Shown here: piece after piece, positions 1-9,160 of the stretch | How the letters are laid out: every line of letters starts with the position of its first letter | Position numbering within the stretch: the first letter of the stretch is position 1 | Assembly (NCBI GenBank): GCA_025054615.1 | Contig: JANWZO010000006.1 | Span: forward strand, 7,596-71,595 | DNA from: Kiritimatiellia bacterium | GTDB lineage: Bacteria > Verrucomicrobiota > Kiritimatiellia > CAIVKH01 | Direction: 5' to 3' | Length of the DNA: 64,000 bases | Notes under the pieces: generated by a model | What the model was told of the DNA's origin: nothing | The model's database searches: none | Seen by the model: only the letters and a program-made list of their open reading frames with translations | Program-made: the position numbers and the translations under genes

Positions 1-230
1 TTTCGTAAACTGAGGCGCGCGATCCGGTCGATTTCGCGGGGCGATTTTTCCGGAAAGACCTGCGCGATCCGGCGCCGGGCTTCGCGTGGCCGAGCGGGGA
101 AGAGCCTGTAGGCGATCGCGGCCACAGCGGCCGCCGCGGCATATGCTGCCCACAGGGGCAGGGCGTTTAGGACGGCCTCGAATGACCGGAAAAATGCGTA
201 CTCGAGGCGGTGTCGAAATCGGACCGCCAT
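1..230 (-). CDS. Lipid A/lysophospholipid acyltransferase (LpxL/HtrB family), N-terminal part; runs off the window edge
   Basis: Not in ORF track; read by hand from ATG at 230: MAVRFRHRLEYAFFRSFEAVLNALPLWAAYAAAAAVAAIAYRLFPARPREARRRIAQVFPEKSPREIDRIARLSL. The pattern (EY...LP...R.A...I...FPEKS..E...IAR) fits LpxL-family N-termini. Confidence 0.65.
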   Translation of the reverse strand, partial: MAVRFRHRLEYAFFRSFEAVLNALPLWAAYAAAAAVAAIAYRLFPARPREARRRIAQVFPEKSPREIDRIARLSLR

Positions 231-245
231 GCCGGCCGCCCTGAA

Positions 246-455
246 TTAGGCGGATTTCGGGGCAAAACGCTTCGCCGTCTTCTTCGGATGGCGCAGCAGG
301 GTGCGCAACGCTTTTGAATCCATCTTGGCTGCTTGTTCCGGCGGCACGCCAAGCGCGACGACGCGCTTGATGTGCACTTTGCGACGGCGCCGCTTTTCGC
401 CCTCGCTCTTGCGCTTCCGTCGAAGGTGCTTGTTCCGTATGTGTTTGACCGGCAT
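246..455 (-). CDS. Small highly basic protein (69 aa), unknown function
   Basis: ATG at 455 preceded by GAGGA; fits between neighbours; 25 of 69 residues K/R. Confidence 0.7.
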   Translation of the reverse strand: MPVKHIRNKHLRRKRKSEGEKRRRRKVHIKRVVALGVPPEQAAKMDSKALRTLLRHPKKTAKRFAPKSA

Positions 456-513
456 GGTGCGTTCCTCGAATCGCGTTGAAGAGGGCGCTAAATACACGTT
501 TCGGCCGGCCGAT

Positions 514-1791
514 TCAACCGTGAAGATGATCGCGGGGAATTTCCCGCCCCTGCGGATCACGCGAGGGATGAGATAGGTCACGGTCAAGCGATTCGCGAAG
601 CCCAGGCGGCGTCACATGTTCCAACCGTTCCGAAGCAATGTGCGCCTGGTCCGTTGGAACCTTCGCGCGGTTCACGAGGAAGGTCTCCCACAATCGGTGC
701 GAACGAATCAGCGCCCGCGCCTGAATCAACCCTTCTTCCGTCAAACGCCAACCGCGGGCATCCTGCGAAATCCACCCTCGCCGGCGCAGCCGACCCAGCC
801 AAAATGCGGAAGGTGCTTGCGCAGCATGCGCACCCCGCTCTTCTCGCCGGTACAGCGATGCCAGCGCGTCCTCCAAGCCGATCCGATATCTCAGGCGTGC
901 CGCGCGCACTGATCGGACCACCAGCCCATACTCTGGCGAAAAGAACAGAGCCAGACCAAACAGGAGGCCGGCGGCGACGGCAGCCATCCCGGCCGAGTTG
1001 GTGTCGCGAAAGCCCGCGAGTTTGGGCAGCTCCAGCGCACCCAGATGCCCCAGCCATACCGAGGCCGCCGCGAGCAACACGCTGAGGCCCATCATGGGCC
1101 CAAAACGCGAGGTGATAAGCCGGGCGGTTGCCGCGGGCACGACCAACAGGGCAACAACCAGGATGCTGCCCACCGTCTCGAAACCGGCAACCGCAACCAA
1201 GGCTCCAAGGGCCGCCACGACCTGATCCATGACACGCGGGCGGAACCCTTGAATCGCCGCGGTGGTCGGGTCAAACGCGCTGATTAGAAATTCCTTGTGC
1301 AACAGCGCACAGACGCCCGCGACCATCACCGCGGCGCCGGCGTTGACCAAAAAGGCACGAGGCACGGCAACTCCGCCGACCTTCACCGTCTCGAGCGGCG
1401 TCAATTCCAGCGCGCCATACAAAACGCAGGAGGGATCCAGATCGACGCGATCGGCCACCCGGACCATCAGAACGAGTCCGAACGCGAACAACGTCGTAAA
1501 AACGATCCCCAGCGACGCATGTTCCTCGACCCGACCGACAGCCGAAATCCATCGGGCGAGAACTGACGTCGCCAGGGCGGCGAGGACCGCGCCTAGCAAC
1601 ATCGGGAAGGTGTCCCGGCTGCCCGTTATAAGGAACGCCACCGCAAGGCCCGGGAGGGCGGCATGTGTAATAGCGTCCCCCAGCATCGCCATTCGCCGGA
1701 CGAGCAGCAGCGAACCAACCATGGCGCACGAAATCGCCGTCAGCGTGGCAGTCGACGCCATCCAAAAGTCGATGGATTGCCAGGGCGTCAT
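514..1791 (-). CDS. Mn/Zn/Fe ABC permease (TroD/MntD-like) fused to C-terminal DtxR-type metal-binding/dimerisation domain
   Basis: ABC-3 motifs GDAITHAALPG and [18 protein letters not shown]-terminal HRLWETFL...H...ERLEH...DPQGREIP; ATGA overlap with upstream permease. Confidence 0.9.
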   Translation of the reverse strand: MTPWQSIDFWMASTATLTAISCAMVGSLLLVRRMAMLGDAITHAALPGLAVAFLITGSRDTFPMLLGAVLAALATSVLARWISAVGRVEEHASLGIVFTTLFAFGLVLMVRVADRVDLDPSCVLYGALELTPLETVKVGGVAVPRAFLVNAGAAVMVAGVCALLHKEFLISAFDPTTAAIQGFRPRVMDQVVAALGALVAVAGFETVGSILVVALLVVPAATARLITSRFGPMMGLSVLLAAASVWLGHLGALELPKLAGFRDTNSAGMAAVAAGLLFGLALFFSPEYGLVVRSVRAARLRYRIGLEDALASLYRREERGAHAAQAPSAFWLGRLRRRGWISQDARGWRLTEEGLIQARALIRSHRLWETFLVNRAKVPTDQAHIASERLEHVTPPGLRESLDRDLSHPSRDPQGREIPRDHLHG

Positions 1792-3242
1792 TCCTGTCTC
1801 GCGCCCGGTTTCAAGGGATGGGGGCTTGGCGGCGTTGCGCCGTGTTGCCGGTTCTCCAGAGCATGCTCGAGCTCACTTGCCATGTCGGGCGACAGGAGAT
1901 GCTCCAGTTCATCGGCTGTGCGGTCGGCATGGTCAGGGGCGACGGACGCGTGGCGCACTAAAAAATATTCCCAGAGGCGGTGCAGGCGCACGACCCGCTC
2001 TGCCGAGCGCCGGCCCGCCGGCGTCAACCCCCATCGATCTCCAATACGCTCGACCGCCCCCTCCCGGCCGAGCCGCTCCAGAACTGAACGAATCCGGCGG
2101 CTCGATCCGCCGCGAATCTCTCGAAAGTCCGAGACGGCCATGCGCACCGCGCCGCCTGCATGCTCTTCCGCCTCCCACAGCGTGCGAAGCGCGTGTTCCT
2201 GCCAAATCCGTCGCTCGAAGCGCATCTGTTGCAGGGCGCGGACCAGAAGCCCGCGCGAGGCGCCACAAACCAGACTCGCAAAAAAAATGGCGGCCGCCGC
2301 GAGAACAACAACTGCGCCCGTCGGCCAATCGGGGGCAACCGCACTCCACAGCGCCCCCGCCGCGCCGGAAACGGCGCCAAATCCCGCGGAAATCCATACC
2401 ATCGGCGCAAGAGAATCGCTCCAACATCGCGCCGCCGCGGCCGGAATGACGAGGAGCGCCACCACCAGAATCAGCCCTACCGCCTGCAATCCGACAATAG
2501 TAACCGCGGCAGCCGCCGTCATGAGCAGAGCGTCCAACAGGCGCACCGGCCACCCTTGGACGTGCGCGAAATTGGGGTCGAAGCAAAGGGCCCGCAGCTC
2601 CTTGAACACGAGGGCAACGACCCCTGCGATCGCGGCCGCCGTCGCGGCGATCCGCCAACCATCAGCCGCCCGCATCGCCGCCGCCCGTCCCAGAATGTAC
2701 GACTCCAAACCTGCTGCGGAGGCTCCGTCCATCTGCTGGATCAGTCCCAACATCGACACGCCCAACCCGAAAAACACACTGAGGACGATCGCCAGCGCCG
2801 CATCATCCGAAAGCGGCGTCAGCCGCCGTATGCTCTGAATAAGACCTGCCCCCGCCAAAGCCGCGAGCGCCGCCCCGGCAGTCAACAGCGGCGCGCTCTT
2901 TCCGCCCCAACCCATCGCCGTTCCCAACAGAAACGCCCCGGCGATTCCCGGCAAGGTGGCGTGGCTGAGCGCATCACCCAAAAGCGCCTTGCGCCGCAAG
3001 ACAAGGAAAGCGCCCACCGTCCCGCACGCGGCGCCGAGGGCCGCGACGCCCGCCGTCACCACGCGAACGTTATAAGTCAACAGGCGACCAGGTTCATTCC
3101 CGGCATCGCCCAAGATCGCAGGCGCGCCGAACGCCGCCCCGCAAACGGCAAATGCGAGGCAACCCGCTGCCGCCGCGAAGAGAACCACCACGCCCGTCGC
3201 TCGTCGGAGGCTCCACCTGAAATGGGCTGTGGCTTGATTCAT
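1788..3242 (-). CDS. Mn/Zn/Fe ABC permease (TroC/MntC-like) fused to C-terminal DtxR-like domain (YtgCR-like)
   Basis: [29 protein letters not shown]-terminal LTPAG...[12 protein letters not shown]...ADELEH; ATGA overlap with ATPase stop. Confidence 0.9.
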   Translation of the reverse strand: MNQATAHFRWSLRRATGVVVLFAAAAGCLAFAVCGAAFGAPAILGDAGNEPGRLLTYNVRVVTAGVAALGAACGTVGAFLVLRRKALLGDALSHATLPGIAGAFLLGTAMGWGGKSAPLLTAGAALAALAGAGLIQSIRRLTPLSDDAALAIVLSVFFGLGVSMLGLIQQMDGASAAGLESYILGRAAAMRAADGWRIAATAAAIAGVVALVFKELRALCFDPNFAHVQGWPVRLLDALLMTAAAAVTIVGLQAVGLILVVALLVIPAAAARCWSDSLAPMVWISAGFGAVSGAAGALWSAVAPDWPTGAVVVLAAAAIFFASLVCGASRGLLVRALQQMRFERRIWQEHALRTLWEAEEHAGGAVRMAVSDFREIRGGSSRRIRSVLERLGREGAVERIGDRWGLTPAGRRSAERVVRLHRLWEYFLVRHASVAPDHADRTADELEHLLSPDMASELEHALENRQHGATPPSPHPLKPGARQE

Positions 3243-4057
3243 GGTTCACGTTCTGCCGATCTCGCGACCGCCTGTGCCGCCTCTTCCAGCAGCGTCAGCC
3301 GCCCGCCATATGTGCTGTGCAGGTTCTCGCGCGTCAGCACGTCGCTGACCGGCCCGGCCGCGACCACCCGAGTGTTCAAGAGGATCACCTCATCGAAATA
3401 CTCCTGAACCGTCTGCAGGTCATGATGCACTACGACCAACGTCCTGCCCGCATCCCGCAAATCGCGCATCAGGCGAAACACCATTTCCTCGGTGGCGGCG
3501 TCGACGCCCGCCATCGGCTCGTCCATGAAATAAATCCGGGCGTCCTGAACGAGGGCGCGAGCCAGAAACACCCGCTGTTGCTGCCCGCCAGAAAGTCGGC
3601 TGATATGCCGTTTCGCAAAGGCCTCCATCCCCACTCGCGCCAAAGCCTCCATCGCGCGGTCGCGGTGGATTTTCCGGACCCTCCGAAACCAACCGATCTC
3701 GCGATAGAGGCCCATCGCCACCACGTCGAGCGCGCTCACGGGAAAGTCCCAATCGACCGTTTCACGCTGGGGCACGTACCCAATGATCCCCCGCTGCTCA
3801 GCCAGCGGTCGGCCGAAAATCCGGATTTCACCCGAGGCGACTGGCACGAGCTCGAGGATCGCCTTCATCAGGGTGCTCTTGCCCGCGCCGTTGGGTCCGA
3901 CAATCGCAACCATTTTTTGCGGCGGAATATCGAGATCCACATCCCAGAGCACCGGTTTTCGGTGGTACGCCACGGTCAGATCATGGATGCAAACCGCCGC
4001 ATCACGAGAATGTTCCGGCCCGGCCGGAGCCGAAGCTCGTCTCCAGGGCCCGATCAA
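3239..4057 (-). CDS. troB: Mn/Zn/Fe ABC transporter ATP-binding subunit
   Basis: Walker [33 protein letters not shown]. Start placed at TTG 4057 (AAGGAGG upstream, TTGA overlap with troA stop). Confidence 0.92.
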   Translation of the reverse strand: MIGPWRRASAPAGPEHSRDAAVCIHDLTVAYHRKPVLWDVDLDIPPQKMVAIVGPNGAGKSTLMKAILELVPVASGEIRIFGRPLAEQRGIIGYVPQRETVDWDFPVSALDVVAMGLYREIGWFRRVRKIHRDRAMEALARVGMEAFAKRHISRLSGGQQQRVFLARALVQDARIYFMDEPMAGVDAATEEMVFRLMRDLRDAGRTLVVVHHDLQTVQEYFDEVILLNTRVVAAGPVSDVLTRENLHSTYGGRLTLLEEAAQAVARSAEREP

Positions 4058-5013
4058 GGGCGCCCCTCCTTCCAACCGCGAAAACCGCTCGGCGGCGGCG
4101 CTCCGCCCAGCGCGCGCGCAATCGATGTAACATTGTGGTCGATCATGCCGATGTACGTCCCCTCGTAGGTTCCATCCGGCCCCATCGCATCGGAGTATAG
4201 GGCCGGACCGAGCGCAACCGCGTGCCCTCGGGCCGACGCCCCTTCAATGAGGGCCAGAACATTTCGATCGGAAACGCTCGTCTCTACAAACACGGCCGGA
4301 ACGCGCCGCTCGACCAACGTGTCCACCAGCTTTCCGATCCGTTCCAACCCTGCCTCGGATTCCGTCGACACGCCTTGTATGCCAACCACCTCGAATCCGT
4401 ATGCGCGCCCAAAGTAATGGAAGGCATCGTGCGCGGTAACCAGCAGACGGGCCGAGGACGGCACTGTGGAGAGCACCTCCTGTGCATATTCATCGAGTTC
4501 TCTCAACTGCTCATGATAGGCGGCTGCGCGTTCCGCGTACCTTGGCGCCCGCGCTGGATCAAACCTCGACAGACTACGCTCGACGACCCCTGCCGCCTCC
4601 ATCCATAAGGACACGTCCATCCACGCGTGAGGATCCGGAACCCCTTCGTGAACCAACATCCGCTCCGGCAGCAGCGTCTCGACCACGGCAATCACGTTCC
4701 GACCGTCGCGCGCCATTCGCTCCAGCACATCGGCGAGTCGGCCTTCCAATTTGAAGCCGCAGTAGAAGACAGCCTCCGCCGCCATCAGCGCGGCAATATC
4801 GCTCCGCGTAGGCCGATAGAGGTGCGGGTCAATGCCGCTTCCGATCAGTTGCGTTACTTCAACGTCCTCTCCCCCTATCTGCCGAACGAGATCCGCGACC
4901 ATCCCCACTGTGGCCACCACTCGCAGCCGCGGAACGTCTTCCGACGCAACCACCGTTGCCGCAAGAAAAAACAAAAGGGATCCAAACAATGACCGCAAAT
5001 TTTGCACTTTCAA
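4054..5013 (-). CDS. troA: Mn/Zn/Fe ABC substrate-binding protein (cluster A-I, TroA-like)
   Basis: Signal peptide; metal-ligand motifs DPHLY, DPHAW, AHDAF, YSDAMG. Start uncertain (TTG). Confidence 0.92.
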   Translation of the reverse strand: MKVQNLRSLFGSLLFFLAATVVASEDVPRLRVVATVGMVADLVRQIGGEDVEVTQLIGSGIDPHLYRPTRSDIAALMAAEAVFYCGFKLEGRLADVLERMARDGRNVIAVVETLLPERMLVHEGVPDPHAWMDVSLWMEAAGVVERSLSRFDPARAPRYAERAAAYHEQLRELDEYAQEVLSTVPSSARLLVTAHDAFHYFGRAYGFEVVGIQGVSTESEAGLERIGKLVDTLVERRVPAVFVETSVSDRNVLALIEGASARGHAVALGPALYSDAMGPDGTYEGTYIGMIDHNVTSIARALGGAPPPSGFRGWKEGRP

Positions 5014-5038
5014 ATTTATGATTTTGAATATTCAAAAT
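4999..5038. promoter_or_regulatory. Tandem DtxR/MntR-type operator: perfect 18-bp palindrome plus a degenerate copy 22 bp away
   Basis: ATTTTGAATATTCAAAAT at 5021-5038 is its own reverse complement; ATTTTGCACTTTCAAATT at 4999-5016 matches 14/18. Lies between divergent troA and mntR. Confidence 0.8.
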
Positions 5039-5061
5039 ACGTGTTGCGCTGTTCATGTCAA
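5034..5061 (-). promoter_or_regulatory. Sigma70-like promoter of the tro operon
   Basis: Minus strand TTGACA (5061-5056), 16-bp spacer, TATTTT (5039-5034); the -10 overlaps the palindrome. Confidence 0.55.
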
Positions 5062-5110
5062 TCGGACTTTTTTATGCTACTTTCAAAGCGCGACCGGTGA
5101 AACCTGAGCG

Positions 5111-5773
5111 ATGCCGAGCAGCACCGTAGAGGATTACATAAAGCGGCTCTATACCGAGCAAAAGAAGACGCCGGGCGAGCTGGTTCCCATGGGCCGGCTC
5201 GCGGAAGTCATGGCCGTGGTGCCCGGCACAGTGACGACCATGATTAAGGCGCTCTCGGACTCTGGACTCGTCGAATACGAGCCGCGCGCCGGCGTTCGAC
5301 TCACGCCACAAGGCGAGCGGCTCGCCTTGCATGTCCTTCGCCGCCATCGGTTGGTGGAACTTTTCCTCGTGCGCACCCTCGGGTTGGATTGGTCGGAGGT
5401 TCATGCCGAGGCGGAAACGCTCGAGCATGCGATTTCAGAAAAAGTGCTCGAACGCATCGATGCCCTTCTTGGGTTTCCGGACTGCGATCCGCATGGGTCG
5501 CCCATCCCTACTGCCGATGGCGAGGTCGCGCCGGAACATACGTTTTCACTCGCGTCCGCAGTAGAGGGGCAGCGCTATCGCATCGACCGTGTATGCGATG
5601 CGGAATCGGAGTTTCTCCAATTCGCGGAGCGAGCCGGGCTTGTGCCCGGGGCCCACGTGCGAATCCTGCGCGCCGACTTGCCCGCCGATGCGGTAACCGT
5701 GGACGTCGAGGGTCGCGGTACCTCCACAATGGGGCTGGGCGCGGCGCGCCGCATCTTTCTTTCCCCGGTTTAG
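5111..5773 (+). CDS. mntR: DtxR/MntR family metal-dependent repressor with C-terminal FeoA-like domain
   Basis: EDYIK, HTH (V.PGTVTTMIK.L), RRHRLVELFL, HAEAETLEH, DPHGSPIP, C-terminal GLVPGA SH3/FeoA-like part. Confidence 0.93.
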   Translation: MPSSTVEDYIKRLYTEQKKTPGELVPMGRLAEVMAVVPGTVTTMIKALSDSGLVEYEPRAGVRLTPQGERLALHVLRRHRLVELFLVRTLGLDWSEVHAEAETLEHAISEKVLERIDALLGFPDCDPHGSPIPTADGEVAPEHTFSLASAVEGQRYRIDRVCDAESEFLQFAERAGLVPGAHVRILRADLPADAVTVDVEGRGTSTMGLGAARRIFLSPV

Positions 5774-5810
5774 CGGCCAGATGTCAGCGGTTCTAACTCA
5801 GGGACCGTTC

Positions 5811-5880
5811 GCCAATTTCCATTCCCTGTAAAAAAAATTTTTAGGGCTTCCATGCTGTGTAAATTTCGCTTCATGGAAGT
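5811..5880. repeat. Dispersed palindromic repeat element (TTTCCAT-N3-[ACG]TG[GT]AAA family), two sites 31 bp apart plus a degenerate third
   Basis: TTTCCAT-TCC-CTGTAAA (5816) and CTTCCAT-GCT-GTGTAAA (5847); the reverse complement aligns with 53836-53904. Confidence 0.7.
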
Positions 5881-5971
5881 GGCGGCGCACCACGCCCAAG
5901 GACAAGGCGGCGAGACTCGAAAGCCGATCCAATCGCAGGCGGGCCGAATTTTTGAATCGGACTGCGCCGAG

Positions 5972-7174
5972 CTAATTGTCCGCCCCGCCGACGACCCCGG
6001 CAAGGGTCACATTGCCGTCCGAATTCGCGGTGAGCAGCCGCAAACCGGCTGGCGTCTGAAAAACAACGAGGTCGTTTGGAGGCGCCGACACCAGCAATCG
6101 ATCGAGAAGAGCCGGCTTTGACGGGTCAGTCACATCCAGCATGACGATACGGTCCGTCCTTGCGCAGGCGACCCAGGCCCATACGCGAGAGCCGCTGCGC
6201 AGCAAAGCCAAGGTATGCGGGTCCCGGTCTTTGCGCGGCCGATTTTCCCGAACCAGCGGCCGAATGTCCACCCTCGCGGCGCGTTCCGCCGCCGGAATGC
6301 CTCCAGCGAGGGTCACACGGTAAAAGCTGACCATCTGGGCCTTCTGTTCGGCGACGCCCAGCAAGAGCGAGTTATCTGGTAGGTTTACCAGCGCCATTCC
6401 AGTAGGCCCGCTGCCTTTCGGCAGCCGCAAGATCCCGGCCCACTGAGGTCCGCTTTTATCGAAATTCATCCATACGATAGTATCGGCCGTGGGGACGGAG
6501 ACCGCGGCGAGCCGGCCCAGCGGGTCGACTGCGACGAATTCCGGTTCGTGTCGGCTAAGCGACTGTCCCAGCATCGAGGCAAGACCGGATAATTCCCGAT
6601 ACGGGATTTCCTGGAGGCGATTTTGTTCCCAGCCCTCAAGGTTTCTAAGATCAAACACGCCGACGGAGCCCTCGGTGCGGCGATTGTCGGCTCCGCTGTT
6701 TGCGACGATGGCCCACGCCCCATCCGGCGTAATCGCAACATGGGCTGGGGCGAACCCCACAAGTTGAGACCGCAACAGGCGGCCGGGAGACCGCTCGCGT
6801 AGGTCCAAAAAAAGAGCCTCCCCGCGAGATGCGGCGTCGTTGGGGCGACTCAGGGCGATCGCCAGCGGATGAAAGGGGTGGACGGCCACAGCGACTGCCC
6901 TTCCGGGAACGGGGATGGCTGCCGTGGGATCCGTTGGGGGAAAGGCATCGATTTTTTCGAAACGGGAGGAATCCCAATCAGGACGCAGGAGGTGGATTTC
7001 GCGGGCTGACGGGGCGGCCACTAGGACATAGTTCGGTCCGGGCGCCACGGCGAGTCGGTCCATTCCCGGCCCACCCGCGCGGTAGTCGAAGAGATGGGCC
7101 ATGATCGAGTCGGCTCTCGACGAGGCGGCAAGGCCGGCCAGCACAATCATGGCGAGGAAACAAGTCCGTTTCAT
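5972..7174 (-). CDS. Secreted beta-propeller protein, choice-of-anchor-I-like
   Basis: Signal peptide; VAITPDGAWAIVANSG, EGSVGVFDL, EPEFVAVDP, DVTDPSKP resemble motifs of that family. Confidence 0.6.
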   Translation of the reverse strand: MKRTCFLAMIVLAGLAASSRADSIMAHLFDYRAGGPGMDRLAVAPGPNYVLVAAPSAREIHLLRPDWDSSRFEKIDAFPPTDPTAAIPVPGRAVAVAVHPFHPLAIALSRPNDAASRGEALFLDLRERSPGRLLRSQLVGFAPAHVAITPDGAWAIVANSGADNRRTEGSVGVFDLRNLEGWEQNRLQEIPYRELSGLASMLGQSLSRHEPEFVAVDPLGRLAAVSVPTADTIVWMNFDKSGPQWAGILRLPKGSGPTGMALVNLPDNSLLLGVAEQKAQMVSFYRVTLAGGIPAAERAARVDIRPLVRENRPRKDRDPHTLALLRSGSRVWAWVACARTDRIVMLDVTDPSKPALLDRLLVSAPPNDLVVFQTPAGLRLLTANSDGNVTLAGVVGGADN

Positions 7175-8391
7175 GGTTGGGCGGATCCCTGCGACTCAAA
7201 CATTTGGCCAGCTACTCGCTCGAGTGTTAGATCCGGGTTGCTTTCCGGCGTTCGAAAAACAGGAACGGTGAAGTGCAAATCCACGGTCGAATCCCGTTGC
7301 TTCACCGATACGCGCAAGCTCCATTCAAACGGATCGCCGGTAGGGGGAAGATCATAAGGAATGAGAAAGCGCAGAGGAATCAGCAGTCCGTCTTTGTTTG
7401 GGGTGAACGTTTTTGAATCGATATCCATCTCGAACATCCATTCCGTGACGCGCCGCGCGGCTTTCCGCCGCCGAATGAATCGACTGCATCGAAGCTCCAC
7501 GTGGACGGGACCCTCCGGCTCGATGTAGCGCTTGATGCGCACGACGCCGCTCAGGGCTCCACCGAGAATGCCGGGCCCTTTTGCGAGGACGAAATCGGCG
7601 TCGCCATACAGCCGGGCGATCCGCAAGGAGCGGAGGGCGGTTGCCAGCATCCAAACGCCGGCCACAGCGAACGCGACCAGGATGAGGATGGCCGGCCATT
7701 CGACTCGGCGACCGCCGAACAGCGCTGCAAGGACGGCCACGAAGGTGACGGCAGTCCATACAATAGCGAACAGAAGCGAGCTGGAAGCGCGCTGGCGGCT
7801 TTCACAGCGGGCGAACCCGGCCGCCCAGTCCTCCCGCCATTTCCACGGTTCATCCGGGAACTGTTGACGCAGGCGCCGCAGGGCCCCTCCTCCGAAAAGG
7901 GACCGCACGCCCCCGATCACCAGTCCAAAACCGACGGCTGCAAAAAGCCCGCCCACGCCAAACATAATCGCCTGGACCGGCAGCCGCGATTCTGCGAGCA
8001 GGACCGACTCGGACGGGTTGTCTGGATTCACGAAAGCGTTCACGGGCTCGCCGGCTTCCATCGCCGTTCGAAATCGTTCGTAGGTAGACCGGTGCCAGGA
8101 CTCGTCGCTATCCCACCCCTCTTCCCACGAGACCCGATCGCTTTCGTAATCCGAATCGTCGACGCTGTACGAATATCGGGCGGCCACACGATACATGGGC
8201 GTCCCCGATTTTGAAAAATTTGTCTGGAGCTCCACGTGGAGCAGAGTGGCTCGGACGACAGGCCAGGCAGCGGACCGCTGATATTTTTCTTCGACCTTTC
8301 CCGCCGTCTGCAGGAAGAAGTAGCCCATGACGATAAAGGGTAGCCCGACGAGCACCCACACAAATCCTCCAAATCGACCTGGCGGCTTCAT
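7171..8391 (-). CDS. DUF3592-containing membrane protein
   Basis: TM-W..V.A...Y.Y.V...Y...V.A.VNPDNPSESVL-TM, followed by two more TMs and a soluble C-terminal domain; ATGA overlap with next gene. Confidence 0.75.
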   Translation of the reverse strand: MKPPGRFGGFVWVLVGLPFIVMGYFFLQTAGKVEEKYQRSAAWPVVRATLLHVELQTNFSKSGTPMYRVAARYSYSVDDSDYESDRVSWEEGWDSDESWHRSTYERFRTAMEAGEPVNAFVNPDNPSESVLLAESRLPVQAIMFGVGGLFAAVGFGLVIGGVRSLFGGGALRRLRQQFPDEPWKWREDWAAGFARCESRQRASSSLLFAIVWTAVTFVAVLAALFGGRRVEWPAILILVAFAVAGVWMLATALRSLRIARLYGDADFVLAKGPGILGGALSGVVRIKRYIEPEGPVHVELRCSRFIRRRKAARRVTEWMFEMDIDSKTFTPNKDGLLIPLRFLIPYDLPPTGDPFEWSLRVSVKQRDSTVDLHFTVPVFRTPESNPDLTLERVAGQMFESQGSAQP

Positions 8392-8476
8392 GACCGGGTT
8401 TATAGCCGTCTGTCCTCAGGATGGAAAGCCGACGCGTTGCGAATCGGTTGTTGCGTGCTAGTTTTTGCGCGTGCAA

Positions 8477-9103
8477 ATGAATCGAAGCCCTACCGCCTCG
8501 CCCCGCTGGTTGTGGGCCGAAGCCGTTTTCCTATTTGTGCTGTGGCCCGGCGCGGCCATTTTCATCGAAGGCGTTTCCAAGTTTCTGTTGTTTGCGATTC
8601 CTTTTTTATATGCAGGCGCCGTCTATTGGATCGTGCGGCCCGCTCTCCCACTACCCTCGTGGTCCGGCTGGAAGGGCGCGCTGGTTCGGATGGCTGCCGC
8701 GGTTCCTGTGATGGCCGCGGTCACCCTCTGGCTCGCTCCGGAGTGGTGGCTTGCATTCCCGCGGGAGCGCCCCTTGATTTGGGGGATTGTGATGGCGCTC
8801 TATCCGTTCCTGTCGGCGTGGCCGCAGGAGTTTCTGTACCGGCGCTTTTTCTTCTGGCGATACGGGCCGCTTTTCGGAAAAGCCACGCTGATGATCGCAG
8901 CGAACGCCCTGCTGTTCGCCTGGCTGCATGTGATGTACGAAAACTGGCCCGCGTTTGTGTTGAGCGCCATCGCAGGCGTCTTTTTTGCGCTGACCTACTC
9001 AAGAAGCCGGAATCTGACGCTGGTCTGGATCGAACATGCGCTCTACGGCCAGATCGCGTTCACGATGGGGCTGGGCCGATTTTTTTATGAGGGCCCCTCG
9101 TGA
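8477..9103 (+). CDS. CPBP (CAAX/Abi) intramembrane glutamic protease
   Basis: QEFLYR, FAWLH and EHALYG motifs in a multi-TM protein. Confidence 0.85.
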   Translation: MNRSPTASPRWLWAEAVFLFVLWPGAAIFIEGVSKFLLFAIPFLYAGAVYWIVRPALPLPSWSGWKGALVRMAAAVPVMAAVTLWLAPEWWLAFPRERPLIWGIVMALYPFLSAWPQEFLYRRFFFWRYGPLFGKATLMIAANALLFAWLHVMYENWPAFVLSAIAGVFFALTYSRSRNLTLVWIEHALYGQIAFTMGLGRFFYEGPS

Positions 9104-9160
9104 GAGCGCGCAATTCTAACCGATCGCAAACACGGCGCTTGCAAGCCTGAGGTGTAAATT

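Noticed and set aside
246..455. Identity with the known PVC signature small basic protein
   Set aside because: It lacks that protein's SL...RNVL.R.ERI...GLPK pattern as I recall it; treated as a different protein.
1262..4168. Long antisense ORFs over the tro operon and similar shadows elsewhere (e.g. 21931-23049, 36921-38030, 51768-52688)
   Set aside because: No recognisable motifs; expected opposite real genes in high-GC DNA.
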